Positions 63,475 through 64,000 of a stretch of 64,000 nt of DNA are shown here, piece after piece (position 1 is the stretch's first letter; every line of letters starts with the position of its first letter). The stretch is from Escherichia phage AV108: the sequence record OR352938.1; one strand, written 5' to 3'. Made by a program: the position numbers and the translations under genes. The notes beneath the pieces were generated by a model. It was not told the DNA's origin and did no database searches. It was given only the letters and a program-made list of their open reading frames with translations.

Positions 63475-64000
63475 ATGGCAAACAATACTATTAACCATGT
63501 AAAAGACGATGCTCAATACGTCAAGTTTAACCCTGTAAATGATTGGCCTCAAAGCATTACCAACGTACAAGCGGCTTTAGCCGCTATTAATGGCTTTGCC
63601 GTAAATGGATTACCGGACGCTACGGAAGATACAGCCGGGATCGCTGCAATCGCAACTCAGGAAGAAGTAAACGACGGCACTGTAGACAATAAGATCGTGA
63701 CTCCAAAAACACTAGCTGTTAAAATGTCACGTCCAGATGCTACAAAAGAAGTAAAAGGCATTACCCGATTTGCCACGATGGAAGAATCGCTGCAAGAGAG
63801 CAACGAGAACATGGCAATCGGTCCAGACACACTAAACCATTACTTCACCACTAAAAAGGCGTCAGAGAGCGTTCAGGGGACTATTAAGATATGTTCTCTT
63901 GAGGCGGCAAAGATTGGCAGCGATGACACAATGGCAGTAACACCGAAAAAGATGCACACTGCCATTGCACAGATTGTGCCGGGATTAATTCCAGATCAAA
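63475..64000 (+). CDS. 12: Short tail fiber gp12, N-terminal part (continues beyond window end)
   Basis: MANNTINHVKDDAQYVKFNPV...ITNVQAALAAI...GLPDATEDTAGIAAIATQEEV colinear with T4 gp12 N-terminus. Confidence 0.8.
   Translation, partial: MANNTINHVKDDAQYVKFNPVNDWPQSITNVQAALAAINGFAVNGLPDATEDTAGIAAIATQEEVNDGTVDNKIVTPKTLAVKMSRPDATKEVKGITRFATMEESLQESNENMAIGPDTLNHYFTTKKASESVQGTIKICSLEAAKIGSDDTMAVTPKKMHTAIAQIVPGLIPDQ

Noticed and set aside
1-64000. CRISPR arrays or long direct repeats
   Set aside because: The only recurrent repeats are the ~60-80 bp promoter cassettes, which are irregularly spaced, carry promoter hexamers and RBSs, and flank ORFs; this is not a repeat-spacer architecture.

Overview
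This window reads as a segment of a T4-like (Tevenvirinae/Straboviridae-type) myovirus genome, about 50-60% colinear with T4 but clearly divergent. Positions 1-49300 are almost entirely minus-strand early/middle genes: DNA polymerase gp43 (partial), regA, clamp loader 62/44, clamp 45, recombination nuclease 46/47, late sigma factor 55, anaerobic RNR nrdG/nrdD, endonuclease VII, nrdC, Dam methylase, thymidine kinase, an M15-peptidase endolysin, 57B/57A, dNMP kinase gp1, and gp3/gp2/gp4. Between these lie dozens of small accessory ORFs, each block driven by a repeated sigma70-type promoter cassette (TTGACA-N17-TATAAT, conserved leader, AGGAGAATCAAA-ATG), often preceded by a rho-independent terminator; this resembles the promoter-early stem-loop (PeSL) cassettes described in some T4-type phages. 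Positions 49356-64000 are the plus-strand late baseplate module (53, 5, 5.4, 6, 7, 8, 9, 10, 11, start of 12), interrupted between gp8 and gp9 by an early-promoter cassette carrying a gamma-class N6-adenine methyltransferase. The most notable accessory content is a glycine-rich gp38-like adhesin gene stranded in the early region, a TARG1/DarG-like macrodomain protein, a minimal nucleotidyltransferase, a GrcA/YfiD-like glycyl-radical cofactor, an eight-member paralog family flanking nrdG-nrdD, free-standing HNH endonucleases, and dense arrays of tiny membrane proteins. No tRNA, rRNA or CRISPR array was found. All calls rest on reading the translated ORFs and sequence motifs by eye; no database search was run. 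Coordinates of promoters, terminators and sub-60-aa ORFs are approximate (+/- 2 nt), and several starts were moved from the track start to an internal ATG/GTG with a better RBS.
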